Positions 25,819-36,729 of a DNA stretch of 64,000 nt are shown piece after piece. The DNA comes from Hydrolagus affinis (Eukaryota). A program made the position numbers and the translations under genes. Under the pieces are notes generated by a model, which worked only from the letters and a program-made list of their open reading frames with translations, did no database searches and was not told the DNA's origin. Positions within the stretch are counted from its first letter, which is position 1. Each line of letters opens with the position of its first letter. The stretch is from NCBI GenBank assembly GCA_012026655.1, contig JAAILG010001627.1:1-64000 (forward strand), read 5' to 3'.

Positions 25819-28747
25819 GTAAGTTCTTCTCCTTTGGTTTTGTTTTGGTGGAGGGGCTGGGGCTTGGGGTTTGATTGTTATTATTTATTGTTTTAAGATC
25901 ATTTCGTTTTCTCCTATGTCTTAATGTTTCGGTGTTCTTTAAACTTTTTTTTAAAAAGAAGGGGAAGGAGGGTTGAACTTGTTAGTTTCTAAAGTACTCA
26001 GTGCTGATTCACACACACACACACACATACACAGTACTGTATATTCTTGTTATCATTGCCAATGATACATTTTTTGATAATATGATGACTGAGTTGTCGC
26101 TTTGAAGTCAGGCAGGTACAACACACACACACACACACAATCACATACAACAAACACAAGTTAATCAGGAGAGGCAGACATTCGTTCACATCTCTGCTCC
26201 TGTTTTAAAAGTTTAACACGAAGAAGATAAGTTTACCACACCATGTAAAGTTTATTTATATCTATCTATATACATATATATATATAACCCTAACCCTATA
26301 TATAAATAATAATCCTTGCATTCGATGTAGTGCTTTCCACGTCTTCTAGACGTCTCAAGGAGCTTCACGGAATACACTGTAAGGTGAATTGACTGTATAA
26401 TTGTGGACGAAACTGCAAGTTCTAAAGTTGTGTAAAACCGCATTTGACCTCCAGTTGGTGCACTTGAGGAATGTGGACTTGATGCCCCCAAGTGTCGGTC
26501 TAGCTCGGGTTGGTAGCCCTCTGGCTCGGAAGGTTATAGTTCAAACCCAGCTTTCAATTGTTAGTCAATTGGCGGATCACTTTTCTCAGGGTAATAATTC
26601 CTTTGAACAATAATAGTAGTTTGCTTACTCAATCCACGACTGTTTGTGGATTACACCCCTGGGTGTAATTGGCGGCCAAGTTTCTCCCACAAATTATACA
26701 GACAATTCACTTCACTGTATATTCTGTGAAGCGCTTTGAGACTTCTCAAAGATGTGATAATATGCTACATCCAATGCAAGGATTACCGCTGTAGAGCATG
26801 AGGTTTTGTGCCTCACATCGCCTTGTGACGTCGTCCTGACGTGAAAGGCACTCTATAAATGTAATTTTGTTGTTGTTTGTTGCTGTGGGATGGGGTTTGG
26901 TGCAGGTGAGGATGCAGGTGGCAGATTTCTGGATTAGTTGGTCCTTGTGGATAATGGAACTGAGGAGACCAGAGGGGAGTAGATTTGAAAACTCATGTGG
27001 TTACAAAGGTGTGAATAAGACTCCAATCGGTTTCAGAAAGGGGTGTAAGCAGATCATGTGTCAGAGGTGAAGGAAAGCCAGGGTTGACGAAGGAAAAACT
27101 GGGAAACAAAATGCCCAGGTTGAACAAGTCTTCCAGAAAACCTAATCGTTCACTTTACTGCTGTTTGATGAACATTGCCCTGCTAAATCGGCTGCAGTGT
27201 TCACCTACAAATACAGTCACTACATTGCACAGACTTTGTGAAGTACTCTGAAAGACACTAAGGATTGTTATTATTATATCTACTATTAAGCTTCCAAAAC
27301 ACTTGGTTAAAATGTGTCTTAAATGCAACTGATATCTATCCACATCTCTTCGGTGAGGTGAGTTAGGACGGATTTTAGATATGCCATACAAAAGGTCAAG
27401 AGATCACAAGGGCACGGTTATGAAGGATAATTAGAAAAGATACACTAAAGTATTTCTTTGCTGACAAGCTAATGACCAGCTTGAATGGGTCAACAGAAAG
27501 GGTGTTTAAAGTGATGGAGTGGACAGAAGGTATCTCGAAACATCCTTGATGCTGGTATGCAAGCATCAAGGTACTAGTAGTAATAATAATAATACTAAAA
27601 ATAACAACCATTGCATTTGACATAACATTTTATTTGGAAACATCTCAGAATACTTCACAACGTTATTCTTATTCTTTAGTGACTTGATGGGCCGAATGGC
27701 CTCCTTTTGTGCAGTACAATTCTATGATTCTGTGCAGCCGATATGTGCACTGCCAACCAAACAGCCATCAAAATGAATGTTTGTTGGCCCGGACAGCAGG
27801 GGGAATCCAGTATTGTGAAAGAAAGTCCCTGAAGAATGCTGCCTGCATTCAATTCATGGGCTCGATTCCAGGAAGGGTGAAAGCTTGGGCAAGTTTCCTT
27901 AATCCACATGCTTAATAATAATAATCCCTCAAAAAAATAAGAAATTGGTCATATCAATCCACAACTGTTTGTGGGACACTGCTGTGCTCAGTTGGCTGCC
28001 ACGTTTCGCCCGCAAATATACAGTCAGTTCACTTTCCAATATATTCTGTGAAGCGCTTTGGGACATCCAGATGATTTGAAAAGCACTCTATCAAATGGAA
28101 AGATTATTCTTATTTATGGTCTTGCCACAGAAGGAAGCTGCCCAACCCTCTAGAGGCAGGGCAGGGAGCAATGAGAATGGCAAACAAAAACACTCATTAG
28201 ACAAGCTCGGCCTCTTCACTCTTGATCTCAAAACGAGTTCTCTCAGAGGGGACTTTAACAAAGTGCATACGTGCAAGGTGCATAATGGTATTGCGAAAGT
28301 AAGCCCAGAACATTAATTTGGGTTGTACTGAGCCAGGAGAACAAAAGACGTCTCAAAGACACAAGAAAGCGCTATATCAAATACAGGAAATACTATTTTT
28401 ATTATTAAAAGAGCATGGCTTTATCTGCAGAGGGAAATTGCAGGACAGACATCAGAACAGTTTAAGCAGGAAATGTAGTTAAGGAAATCATACTCTTTTT
28501 TTAAAAACAAAAAGCTTGATGCTTTGGTGGGAAAACATAGAATGTGTGTTCTGGAAGCATGAGATCAAATGAGCCAAAGACAATAATAATAATCAAATGA
28601 GCTGAAGAAACTTCTTGGTCTGAACCGATCTAGAGTGGGGTTTTATGGACTTGTGTAAAATCTTAGAAAATGACTGTTGGCAGTAACAGGTTAGAACTCG
28701 AGCAATGAGCCCAGCAGAGTGACGAGGGCAGTTCTGTGATTAAGTGT

Positions 28748-28852
28748 GTTCACTTTCCTTTCTCCATAGTTGCTGCCTGACTTGCTGAGTGTTCCCATCA
28801 ATTTCTGTTTTTGTTTCAGATTTCCAGCATCTGTAGTATTTTGCGTTTTTGT
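28748..28852 (+). mobile_element. Penelope-like terminal repeat fragment
   Basis: Homologous to 42810-42877 and 48909-49040. Confidence 0.6.
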
Positions 28853-28989
28853 TAGAGTGACGTGGAACAGAGTGAGAATTCTGTTTTTAGGCATGAGTGG
28901 AGAGTGGGAATTCAGTGTAGATGGGGAAAGGAGGTGTAGGTGAGAATTTATTTCGATTTCCTTGTAAAGGAGAAGCAAAACCAGCAAGA

Positions 28990-30470
28990 GCCTAAACAAA
29001 AGGTTACATTCCCAAGGCAGTGGGTGTTTAGGTATTAAGTAGAAGCTTGAAAGGGATAATGACAACACAGGTAGTATGCATGTGGGAATCAATGACATAA
29101 GAAAGAGCAAGAAGGCGGTCCTACTAAGGGAGCTAGGGGAAAAAAATCAAAAAAACGCAGGACCTAGAAGGTGGTGGTCTCCGGATTGTTACCTGAGCCA
29201 CGTACAAATTGGCATAGAGACAAACAGGTCAGGGAAATCAATGTGTGGCTGAAAGTTTGGTGTGAGAAGGAGGAGTTCCATTTCATAGGACACTGACTCC
29301 AGTACTGGGGCAGGAGTGAGCTGTACTGCTGGGAAGGGCTGCACCTGAACAGGGCTGGGACGAAGGTTCTAGCAAAAAGAATAAATAGGACTCTTGAAAA
29401 GGCATTAAACTGGTAGGGGGGTTGGGGGCGAGGGGGCACGAGTGCGAACAATAACAAAAATATAATGCATAATCTCCCTCATAATGCACCATAGGAAAAG
29501 GAAAGATAATAGAAAGTCATCACAAAAGGTGTAACAAATCAAAAATAATAATAATCCTTGCATTTTATATCTATATATATATAATACTATATTATATATA
29601 ATACTGTGTGTGTCTATATATGTATAAATATATATTATATGACTTGGATGAAGGAATAGAAAGTTTTATATCCAGGTTTGCAGATGACACTAAGAACGGA
29701 GACTCAGTAAGTAATGTAAGTGGGATTAGAATGTTACGAAAGGACCTAGACAGATTCAGTGGCCAAAGTTGTGGCAGATGGAGTTCAATGTAGGGAAGTC
29801 CACTAAGGACCGAAAAATAATAAGGAAGAATATTTTCATAATGGAGAGAAATTAGGAGCTGTGAAGGAGTAAAGAGATTTGGGTGTCCATATCCACAAAT
29901 CACTTAAAAAAAAAACTAGTTCCCAGGTGCAAAATGTAATCAGAAGGACAAATGGAATGTTGGCCTTTATCTCAAGGTGCCTGGAATACAAATGGGAAGA
30001 AATGATGCTTCAGCTGTATGGAGCATTAGTCAGACCCCACCTAGAGTACTACATTCGGTTTTGTGCACCTCAGGAAAGATATATTGGCCTTAGAGGGGAT
30101 GCAGCACAGGTTCACCAGAATGTTACCGGTCCTAAAAGGGTTAAATTATGAGGGAAAGCTGCGTAAACTTAGATTGTATTTCCTTGAGTTTAGGAGGTTT
30201 ATGGGTGGTTTGATTGAGGTATTTAAGACGATAAAGCGATTTGATAGGGTAGATAACGAGAAGCGATATCCCCTGGTGGGGGAATCCAAAACAAGGGATT
30301 AATAGATTACTGTATTATTGTTTCCCTTTCCAACATAGTCTTAGAGCCAGGCCATTCAAGAGTGAAATCAGGAAGCATTTTTTTCACTGAAACGGTTGTA
30401 GAAACGTGGAATTCTCTCCCCCAAAAGGTCATGGATGTCGGATACATCCACACCTTCAAGAGCAAGATTA
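28990..30470 (+). mobile_element. Internally deleted CR1 LINE: ORF1 SGNH-esterase remnant followed by ORF2 RT remnant
   Basis: ORF1 part translates HVGINDI...VVVSGLLPEPR...EGLHLNRAGTKVLA (~29079-29380). ORF2 part translates ISRFADDTK...LVRPHLEY...VVETWNSLP (~29630-30470). Contains stops and frameshifts. Confidence 0.85.
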
Positions 30471-30716
30471 TAATAATCTTTGCATTTGATATCGTGCTTT
30501 TTACATCTTCTAAACATTTCAAAGTGCTTCACAGAATATATTGTAAAGTGAATTGACTGCATAGATATGACCGAAATGCGGCAGCTAATTGTGCACAGCA
30601 GTGTCCCACAAACAGTTGTGGATTGAAATCACCAATTTTTTATTGAGGGATTATTAAGCATGTGGTGTAAGTAAACTTGCCCACGGTTTCACCCTGCCTG
30701 AAATCGAATAATAATA

Positions 30717-31129
30717 CAGTAAAAGCTTGGTTATCCTGCACCCAACCAACCAGAATGCTCAACCAACATATCAGATGTGTATCTCCCAATACAATTCACC
30801 ATTCCAGCAATCGGATCTCATAGCGGAGCCATCTGGCACACTCCCGGTATGCTCACTTTGCGCATGTGTGCGCATGCGCACTTATTAAACTTACAGAACG
30901 CTGGAATTTTTATTTTACTGATCATTTTACCGAGTGTGCTGGAATGCTTTATTGGTAAGTATCCATACAATATTCTGTTATTATTTAGTCTATTATTAAT
31001 ATGGTATGTTTTAAAATAAGTAAATTATTTGTGTAGGATTTTCGGCAACTTGCCGCTCGAATATCCGGCATATTTAATTAACCGGCAACAGTCAGATCCC
31101 GAGGGTGCCGGATAATGAAGCTTTTACTG
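30717..31129. mobile_element. Non-autonomous Tc1/mariner (pogo/Tigger-like) MITE, 413 bp
   Basis: 27-bp TIRs (CAGTAAAAGCTTggTTATCCtGCACCC, 3 mismatches) with TA on both flanks. Confidence 0.85.
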
Positions 31130-31130
31130 T

Positions 31131-31450
31131 AATAATAATAATCCTTGCATTTGATATAGCGCTTTTCACATCTTATCGATGTCTTAAAGTGCTTCACAGA
31201 ATATACTGTAAAGTGAATTGACTGTATATTTGTGGGCAAAACGCATAACCAATTGCGCACAGCAGTGTCCCACAAACAGTCGTGGATTGAAATGACCAAT
31301 TTTTATTATTGTGGGGTTTTTTTTGGATGGATTATTATTAAGCGTGTGGAGTAAGGAAACTTGCCAAGGTTTCGCCCTGATCTGCCTGGATTCGAACACA
31401 GGTCTCACGCTTGTATGGCTAATGCTCTAACCACTGATGTACAGGAGCTC
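31131..31450 (-). mobile_element. Full-length tRNA-derived SINE
   Basis: Reverse complement of head (A/B boxes), body and (TTA)n tail. Confidence 0.9.
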
Positions 31451-31778
31451 CACAGGTTGATACATTTTTGGTAAGTCAGGATATTAAAGGATATCAAGAG
31501 AAAGCGAGGAATTGAAAGGATTTGTAGAGGTACAGATCAGGCATGATCTAATTAAATGGCAAACAGACTCAAAGGGCTGATTGGCCTACTCCTGTTCCTA
31601 TGTTCCTAACCTGTTCATTTACCCCATTGTTTGGGCTGAACTACTGAAAGTTGATTATTGCCCAATCTTCTACCCCTAATGGTCTCTATTGTGATTGGTC
31701 TCTGTGCAACTCTTGGATTACTTTTAGCAAGAGTCAGACTCTGATGTGCTCAAATTGAATGTTTTGATTGTGTTACAG

Positions 31779-31909
31779 TGCTCCTCCCTTACCCCAGTGA
31801 CTTGAAATTTACATTACGGGGACTTTGTGTTGTTACGTGGATCTGGAAAGCTGAGAAAAATCTACCCCGATATGAAAGCCAGCACAAATATGGCTCCGCC
31901 GATTGGATT
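31779..31909 (+). CDS. IL13RA1: IL13RA1-like exon 2 (D1, first half)
   Basis: cag acceptor, gtaagt donor. Encodes LLPYPSDLKFTLRGLCVVTWIWKAEKNLPRYESQHKYGSADWI; compare human PPVTNLSVSVENLCTVIWTW. Confidence 0.88.
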
Positions 31910-32005
31910 GTAAGTACAGATAGTAAAACATTTATGTGCCTTTCCTGTTTTTATCAAAGTATGTACAGTACACTAAACGTCTGTTGTTTCCCTGTGCCTC
32001 TTTAG

Positions 32006-32159
32006 GAGACTAAAAGAAATGCACAAGCGAACCGTACAGAAGTGATGAATCTCAATGAAAGAATTAGCTTCAGAGTCAGAGTGATAACAAAAGTGAACTC
32101 CACTGATAATAATTGCAATGAAAGCAATTGGAGCCAAATAGACATACCACCACCATTAG
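32006..32159 (+). CDS. IL13RA1: IL13RA1-like exon 3 (D1, second half)
   Basis: tag acceptor, gtaaga donor. Encodes ETKRNAQANRTEVMNLNERISFRVRVITKVNSTDNNCNESNWSQIDIPPPL; compare human LNERICLQV...ISPPEG. Confidence 0.88.
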
Positions 32160-33206
32160 GTAAGACAAAGCTTGTGATTAATAATAACACTAATAATCAA
32201 GTTAAAAAAAAATGTACTGTATTACTAAAATAGAGGTTATGAAGGTTCTGGGTTGTTCTCTGCTGAGCTCAGCTGCAATAGCAATGAAGGAATACTGCAA
32301 TGGACCTCATTGTTCCTAGGTTTAGCAAAGAAAAATAATTCAGTTTCTGCTCCAGTTTCTATTAAAAAAAGAAAAGATACATAAATGTTTTACTATCTGT
32401 ACTTACAACCCAATCGGCGGAGCCATATTTCTGCTGGCTTTCATACCAATAACAATATCAATCAATTAAAACTTATATTTATATAGTTGAGAGGACACTA
32501 ACCCTATCCCAGGTAGTACTATATGTACAGTACTCTTTGCAGATGTATGGCATAGTTCTATTAAAAAGAATCTGTAAACACTGCCAGCAAGTGTAAGAAG
32601 AATGAGTGTTCAGGCAAGTTACTGGAAAGCTATCGTTGTTGTTACAAATCCCCTACATTAGTCACTTTCACTACAAGATAAGACAAGATATTGTGGGCAG
32701 AACTTAAAAAGTACAGCTTACTTACTGAGGTTTCAGTGGCTGCCAGTTTGACTTTATAGGTCATTGTCTTCCATGGAACAAGTTGACTTTTAGGTGATGC
32801 AATAGCTTTGGGATAAGGCACTATTTTAAACTATTGAGAGAAATGTTAGTTATGGAGGAATAATATCAGCATTAACACAAACACAAGATTTTAATGCATT
32901 GCAAAAGTGGACTTTATTCAAGAACTTAAGAAATCTCGAGGGTGTGATCTATACATTTACATTATCATTGATTTGCATTCTTCCCTTTTTGTAAAGGGAG
33001 AATAGAATAGTACTTGCAATTGTGTAATTAGCATAAAATGAAAATGGTTTCAATTAATCCTGTCATTTTGAAACGCAGACAATTCTTGCATTAGCTCTAT
33101 TTGTAAGTCTGCATTTTTGACAGCCTTTTGATTTGCTTGTTGGTCTTTCCCAGGGCTGATTTGAAACCCTGGAACATATAAATAAAATTACAACATTCAC
33201 CCTTTG

Positions 33207-33513
33207 GAGCTCCTGTATCTCAGTGATTAGAACACTCGCCTTACAAGCATGAGACCTGTGTTTGAATCCAGGCAGATCAGGGCGAAACCTTGGGCAAGTT
33301 TCCTTACTCCACACGCCTAATACCGGTAATAATAATCCCCCCAAAAACACAATAATAAAAATTGGTCATTTCAATCCACAACTGTTTGTGGGACAATTGG
33401 CTGCCGTGTTCTGCCCACAAATATACAGTCAATTCACTTTACAATATATTCCGTGAAGCGCTTTGAGACATTGATAAGATGTGAAAAGCGCTATATCAAA
33501 TGCAAGGATTATT
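33207..33513 (+). mobile_element. Full-length tRNA-derived SINE
   Basis: gagctcctgtatctcagtgattag...gtttgaatccaggc...aaatgcaaggattatt. Confidence 0.9.
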
Positions 33514-33600
33514 CTTACAATAAACTGCTTTGAAATGCTGCTTCCTGATTTTTGCAACTTTTCAATCTTTGCTCCATTTTCTATAAAATTTCACTTGCAG

Positions 33601-33721
33601 GCAAGCCTGAGACTGCAGTCAGAAATGTTGAGTACACTTTGTATAACTATGAATACATAAATTGTACCTGGGACTTTGGGAAGAAAGCACCAGCGAACAC
33701 TGTATATCGGTTACAATACTG
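33601..33721 (+). CDS. IL13RA1: IL13RA1-like exon 4 (D2, first half)
   Basis: cag acceptor, gtatga donor. Encodes GKPETAVRNVEYTLYNYEYINCTWDFGKKAPANTVYRLQYW, with the CxW motif. Confidence 0.9.
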
Positions 33722-33818
33722 GTATGAAACTATGTTTTGTTCGCAATTGATTTAATTTAAATGATTTGAAAGTCTTAAAAGTCATCTGGTGAGGATTAAA
33801 GTACATTTGCTGTTGCAG

Positions 33819-34012
33819 GCAAAGCGACGCGGAAGGCATTCAGAATTGTACAACCTACATCTGGAAGCAAGGCAAGGTTGTTGGTTGCCATCTTGAGAAA
33901 GATAAATTTAATCGTGAATTGGACTTAAACATTTGCATTGGACCGAAGCCTCCAGAAAAAAAGCCTCCGGAAATAAAGTCATACTACTATACATTACATA
34001 GTCAAGAGTTTG
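33819..34012 (+). CDS. IL13RA1: IL13RA1-like exon 5 (D2, second half)
   Basis: cag acceptor, gtgagt donor. Encodes QSDAEGIQNCTTYIWKQGKVVGCHLEKDKFNRELDLNICIGPKPPEKKPPEIKSYYYTLHSQEF, containing conserved Cys3 and Cys4. Confidence 0.88.
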
Positions 34013-35181
34013 GTGAGTTGTAAAGTCTCTCGTTATGACACATTGATAAGACATTAAAATCAATTTCTTAAGTTGCCTTCTCATTAGCAAGAGAGAAAAC
34101 ACCTTTCAGTAACTGGATATGCACAAGATGCTGAATGGGTAGAAGCAACTAATTATAATCCCTAAAAAGAAAACATATACACACACACACACTGCTGTGC
34201 ACAATTGGCTGCCGCGTTTCATCCACAAGTATACAGTCAATTCACTTTAAAGTACATTCTGTAAAGCACTTTGAGATGTTTAGGATATGCGAAAAGCGCT
34301 ATATCAAATGCAAGGATTATTATTATTAAGCAATTGATTAAGACACTTCATCTCGTGAGTATTCACTTTAAATACAATTCACAGCAGTGAAATGAATGTC
34401 TATGAACTCGTATCTGTACAGTTCCACAGAACAAAACCACCTACGAGGGTTTACTAAACTGGTAATTTCACTTTCAGAGACTGTATTAGAAATGAGAATT
34501 CTTGTCGGAGTTGATTTTAATAATGAGATTAAAGATGCCTTGAATTTATTTCTCATCACTAATGCCTTGACTTATCTAAACAAGTCTCCAGTCATAATGA
34601 GAGGAGAATAAAAATACACATCACTAGGAAATCATTTAATAATGTGTGAGATTGACTCAGTGGCCAGTACTCATGCCTCTGAGTCAGTAGGTTATGGATT
34701 CAAGCTTCACATTGGGAATACATAGTTAATGGAATAATCCTATGCAGTGCTAGTGGATGTTGCATTGTCAGAATCTTTAATACTGTACTACAATAACTAA
34801 GTTGCTTTTCAAATAAATAAAAATAAACCCTTTAAAATAGAATTAAAATTTGTTCCATTTTAATTCTCTCTCTTTGTTTAATAGAATCATAAAACGTTTA
34901 TAGCACAGAAGAGGACATTTCAGCCCTTTCAGTCCTCTTCTGTGCTATGTGTTTCTCACATTCACTTGCTCTTTTTCCCATACACTTCACTGTTGATTTA
35001 TTTTCTTTTTAAATGCTATTATAGATTCTGTTTCCACTTCTATTTATGGTGAAGCATTCCATATTCTACCCAATCACAAATTACAAACAAATCTCTTTTA
35101 TCTTTTGTATGAATTAAATATGTCGATTTGGGGTAATTTAGATTAAAAAAAAGTAAAGGCCCTGTTTCTCTTTTTTTGCAG

Positions 35182-35330
35182 TGAAACTCAGCCCACCAAG
35201 CAACTTAACTGTATCTAGGAATAATCAGGGACTTGCCATAAAGTGGAACATCCCTCCAACTTTGAAAGAACGTTGTGTTGATTACAACTTGAAAATGAAG
35301 ACTGACAACAATGATTGGGAGGAATTTAAT
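35182..35330 (+). CDS. IL13RA1: IL13RA1-like exon 6 (D3, first half)
   Basis: cag acceptor, gtgagt donor. Encodes VKLSPPSNLTVSRNNQGLAIKWNIPPTLKERCVDYNLKMKTDNNDWEEFN. Confidence 0.9.
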
Positions 35331-35436
35331 GTGAGTCCCCCTCACTGACAGCACTGTGATGAATCAAATATCCAAGTGGCTCTAAGAAATATAAATAAAT
35401 CTTCTATTAACTCCTTTTTCTCTCTCTTTCTTTAAG

Positions 35437-35575
35437 ATTAGCGAGAAGACAGAACTACACCATCCCGTCAGAAATCCTGAAAACCATCATTATACTGTTA
35501 AAGTGCGAGCAATATTTACTAATATGTGTGGAACGAATGGGAAGTGGAGTGACTGGAGCAGCAAAGCAACTTTTG
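35437..35575 (+). CDS. IL13RA1: IL13RA1-like exon 7 (D3, second half, WSxWS)
   Basis: aag acceptor, gtaaa donor. Encodes ISEKTELHHPVRNPENHHYTVKVRAIFTNMCGTNGKWSDWSSKATF; WSDWS at 35545-35559. Confidence 0.92.
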
Positions 35576-36142
35576 GTAAAAAGCCAACTCTATAAACATA
35601 GCAGATGCAGTTGGTTTCTGTGTCCCAGAGCTACACTGGGGAATGGTGGAAAAAAAAGCTGTCTAACAACTTATCCTAGAAAATGTAAATATTGGGTAAT
35701 AGACAGGATCACACATGTTTTGATGATGCACTCCGATGGTTAGATACTCCCTCCTTTTGTGAACACATATAGAGGCTTTTTTCTTACCAGAGTTTAGGGT
35801 AGGTGTTTTGTAAGTATTCTTGCAATTGGGACAAAGGAACATCATAACTTTCCATATTTTTCTTATGACAGTACATAACTATCAAGTCAGCCATACAAAG
35901 TTATGTATATTGAATCAGATGAACTCAACAACAACAAGATTACATTTATAGAGCGCCTTTCAGGTCGGGAGGACGTCCCAAGGCGCTGAACTTAAGGCAG
36001 TTTAGGTAGTCACTCTATGATCCTCAAAAGCTATTCTGTAAAATATATTACTTGCTATCACAACTAGTTAAAAGTGTGATTTGGTTATGTGGTTCCATCT
36101 TTTCTGGTCCGCATGAATATTGAATCTGAAATACTCTTATAG

Positions 36143-36236
36143 GAAAAGAATGCTTCAATTGGAGAATTCCTTTCTTCATTACTGTTGTCATATTTGTGGC
36201 AATCGCAGCAATACTGCTCCTCACCTACTTAAAACG
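36143..36236 (+). CDS. IL13RA1: IL13RA1-like exon 8 (transmembrane)
   Basis: tag acceptor, gtaagt donor. Encodes GKECFNWRIPFFITVVIFVAIAAILLLTYLKR; compare human IVLLLYLKR. Confidence 0.92.
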
Positions 36237-36261
36237 GTAAGTACTTTAATGATAATAGTAA

Positions 36262-36729
36262 CTAATAATCCTTGCATTTGATACAGCGTTTTTCACGTCT
36301 TGTAACAACTTTGATTTATATAGTGCCCTCCACGCCGGACGGCGTCTCAGACCACTTAATTCAATGTCTCAAAGAGCGTCACAGAATATACTGTAAAGTG
36401 AATTGACTATATACATGCGGGCGAAACGCAGAAGCCAATTGCGCACAGCAGTGTCCCACAAGCACTTGTGGAATTAAATGACCAANNNNNNNNNNNNNNN
36501 NNNNNNNNNNNNNNNNNNNNNNNNNNNNNNNNNNNNNNNNNNNNNNNNNNNNNNNNNNNNNNNNNNNNNNNNNNNNNNNNNNNNNGGGAGGGATTATTAT
36601 TAGGCGTGTGGAGTAAGGAAATTTGCCCAAGGTTTCGCCCTGACCTGCCTGGATTCGAACACACGTCTCCCCAGCTTGGTCTCCCCAGCTTGCAAGACAA
36701 GTGCTCCAACCACTAAGCCACAGGAGCTC
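36262..36729 (-). mobile_element. tRNA-derived SINE spanning an assembly gap, with a nested L2 tail
   Basis: Tail starts at 36262 and head ends at ~36729; L2 tail at ~36304-36357. Confidence 0.8.
36486..36585. other. Assembly gap (100 N)
   Basis: Run of N. Confidence 1.
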
